Shown here piece by piece: positions 62,345 through 64,000 of a stretch of 64,000 bases of DNA (the stretch's first letter is position 1; each line of letters begins with the position of its first letter). Location of the stretch: assembly GCA_045627045.1 (NCBI GenBank), contig JAZQMY010000005.1, positions 26,531-90,530 of the forward strand, written 5' to 3'. Made by a program: the position numbers and the translations under genes. This DNA comes from Clostridia bacterium. Lineage in GTDB: Bacteria; Bacillota; Clostridia; HGM11327. A model generated the notes under the pieces. The model ran no database searches, was not told the DNA's origin, and was given only the letters and a program-made list of their open reading frames with translations.

Positions 62345-63634
62345 ATGGATAAAAGCAAGGATGTCAAAATATTGGATACAATCGGACTTGTATTCTCCCT
62401 GACAATGATCGGACTGAATTTCTGCTTCTTTGATATGTTCAGGGCTATGTTTGACGAAATCGGATTTATGTTCGGCATAATGAACAGCTGGTGGGAGAAT
62501 TCGTATATTACGGCGGCGTGCGTACTGCTTATTCTGATGTGGATATTGTTCACGCTCGCAACGTTTTACTTTGCCGTGAACGTTGTATATGTGATCCAAT
62601 GGTTCAGGAAGAAAAACGAAGACGATCTTCTGATGAACTTTGCCGTCGCTCGCTGGATGAAAAAGTTCCCGCAGAAAAGATATATCAAACGTATCGAAAG
62701 CGAAACGATAGGGGAGAAGTACAGAAAGCAGAAGCTAGATGCGTTGTATAACGAAAGAAGAAAGCTCGGCTTTCTTTATAATCTCGTCGGAACGGTATTG
62801 CTGTTTGCAATGATGACGGTATGCATACTCGGAATATCAATGATAGTTACATATTTTTACGGCGGAGATAAGCTTAAGAATAACGAAATAACGTGGATCA
62901 GGACAACACTGCTTGCATTGATCCCGCTTGCGGCGGCGGCGCTTTACTCAATTATGTATAACCTGAGGGTTGCCGACGTGAAAAGAAAAGTAATTGGTAT
63001 AATTCAGATATCTACTGAAGCTTTGAGAAAGAGAGAGTATAAAAAGATAATAAGCACGCTCAGAAAATGCGGTGTGCTTCATATTATCGTACTTCTGATG
63101 ACGGAACTGCTGTTGACCTGCTATCTTGATACCGCCGTATTCGGATATAAACTGAAGGACCTCAATACCGGGGAGATAATTGAAACGGGAGAAGTGACCA
63201 CGGAGGATTTTATCAGGAGAATAAACTCAACAACGTCCGAAGAAGCACTGCGAATAATTGCAGAAAGCGGAGCAGGAGAAGACGGTGCACTGTGTGCAAT
63301 ACTCGCAATAATAGGGCTGGCACTCTATTTCTGGATATTTCTATTGCTCGTCGTGTGCATAAGGAAGATATTGGGGAAGAGCGGCGGCGGTATGGCTATA
63401 ATGTCCGGAGCGGTGATGATGGGGATTCATTTTGTGTCAGGTATGCTTTTATTCATAAAGGTGGATTCGGAAAGCAAACTGTACGGAACCTTATCAAAGC
63501 ACGGGAACCTTGAAGCAATATTCAGGACGGAGCTCATTATACCGTTTGTCATAATGATAATACTGTGCGTACTCTATCGCTATCTGCATTCAGAAAAACT
63601 CAAAAAGAGACTTGACGGGAACGAAAAGCAGTAA
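62345..63634 (+). CDS. Hypothetical polytopic membrane protein
   Basis: 429 aa. AAGGAG RBS. Multiple TM segments. No recognised family. Confidence 0.6.
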   Translation: MDKSKDVKILDTIGLVFSLTMIGLNFCFFDMFRAMFDEIGFMFGIMNSWWENSYITAACVLLILMWILFTLATFYFAVNVVYVIQWFRKKNEDDLLMNFAVARWMKKFPQKRYIKRIESETIGEKYRKQKLDALYNERRKLGFLYNLVGTVLLFAMMTVCILGISMIVTYFYGGDKLKNNEITWIRTTLLALIPLAAAALYSIMYNLRVADVKRKVIGIIQISTEALRKREYKKIISTLRKCGVLHIIVLLMTELLLTCYLDTAVFGYKLKDLNTGEIIETGEVTTEDFIRRINSTTSEEALRIIAESGAGEDGALCAILAIIGLALYFWIFLLLVVCIRKILGKSGGGMAIMSGAVMMGIHFVSGMLLFIKVDSESKLYGTLSKHGNLEAIFRTELIIPFVIMIILCVLYRYLHSEKLKKRLDGNEKQ

Positions 63635-63681
63635 AACAGAAGATGTAAAGAAAATATGTGATAAAAACAGACGAAAACATC

Positions 63682-63710
63682 AAGGGCTTCCGGCAACGGA
63701 AGCCCTTTTC
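63682..63710 (+). terminator. Rho-independent terminator
   Basis: AAGGGCTTCCG-gcaa-CGGAAGCCCTT followed by TT. Confidence 0.8.
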
Positions 63711-63752
63711 ATATAAAAACATACAAAAACATTAAAAAAGAGCAAAAAAGGC

Positions 63753-63781
63753 TTGACAAAAACGGAAAAAAGATGTACAAT
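63753..63781 (+). promoter_or_regulatory. Tandem promoter P1
   Basis: TTGACA, 17 nt, TACAAT, preceded by an A-rich UP-like tract. Confidence 0.65.
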
Positions 63782-63868
63782 ACGCAGGCACCTTTGAGAG
63801 AACGGCAATTCGATTGGCTTCGAAAGAGCCGGTTTGGAAAAAAGTTTTCGAAAAAGTGAAAAAAGTGC

Positions 63869-63897
63869 TTGACAAAAACTGAAATCAGTTGTATAAT
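63869..63897 (+). promoter_or_regulatory. Tandem promoter P2
   Basis: GTGCTTGACA, 17 nt, TATAAT, followed by ACGCAGGCAC as after P1. Confidence 0.7.
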
Positions 63898-63979
63898 ACG
63901 CAGGCACGTTTGAGAAAGCGGCAAATTGAAACATCTGAAAACAATTTGCAAAAAGCTTTTGAAAAAGTGAAAAAAGTGC

Positions 63980-64000
63980 TTGACAAAATACAAAATCAGT
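63980..64000 (+). promoter_or_regulatory. Tandem promoter P3 (-35 only; truncated by window end)
   Basis: The same GAAAAAGTGAAAAAAGTGCTTGACAAAA unit as P2. The -10 lies beyond the window. Confidence 0.5.

Noticed and set aside
63680-63993. Two minus-strand ORFs with repeated FFHFF/LFS motifs.
   Set aside because: They translate the tandem promoter repeat on the opposite strand.
1-64000. CRISPR arrays, rRNA genes, prophage structural genes and recognisable defence systems (restriction-modification, Cas, large ATPase/nuclease pairs).
   Set aside because: None was seen. The only short-period repeats are the promoter array at 63.7-64.0 kb and the repeats with a period of about 126 bp at 56.3 kb, and neither has a repeat-spacer structure.

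Overview
The window looks like a Firmicutes/Clostridia chromosome: it has spoVT, ylbJ, an ECF transporter module, a class III RNR and many near-consensus TTGACA-17-TATAAT promoters. All calls come from reading the sequence and the ORF track by eye and from recalled family motifs. No database search, RNA covariance model or composition calculation was run.

Most of the window is ordinary:
- ecfA2-ecfT-truA.
- An O2/ROS detoxification operon: multidomain flavodiiron protein, desulfoferrodoxin and a Crp/Fnr regulator.
- A lexA-like / Y-family polymerase / yolD SOS module.
- A B12-riboswitch-controlled DUF4430 lipoprotein plus ECF S-component.
- spoVT, rsmD-coaD-ylbJ and rpiA-upp.
- A TAXI-TRAP transporter.
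- nrdG, nrdD (fused to a thioredoxin-like domain) and trxB.
- A tandem glycine riboswitch ahead of an alanine/glycine:cation symporter.
- An ECF sigma/anti-sigma pair and three tRNA-Leu genes.

The main finding is a visibly AT-richer element of about 15.3 kb (44571-59840). It is bounded by 22-nt imperfect inverted repeats and encodes a large serine recombinase. It sits exactly between a tRNA-Leu(GAG) gene and that gene's terminator, and an uninterrupted paralogous copy of the same site lies 474 bp away.

Its cargo is an unusual RiPP-like cluster:
- Two Cys-rich precursor ORFs that are missing from the ORF track.
- A radical SAM/SPASM maturase with an N-terminal extension.
- An ABC exporter.
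- An HPr-kinase-like P-loop protein and a nucleotidyltransferase.
- An ACP, an FkbH-like enzyme and a papain-fold-like protein.

The cluster is partly eroded by an IS110 pseudogene and an IS5 remnant.

The second notable item is two tRNA-sized, tRNA-Leu-derived elements of 69 and 73 nt. They keep acceptor-stem pairing and are co-transcribed with tRNA-Leu(UAA) from a consensus promoter.
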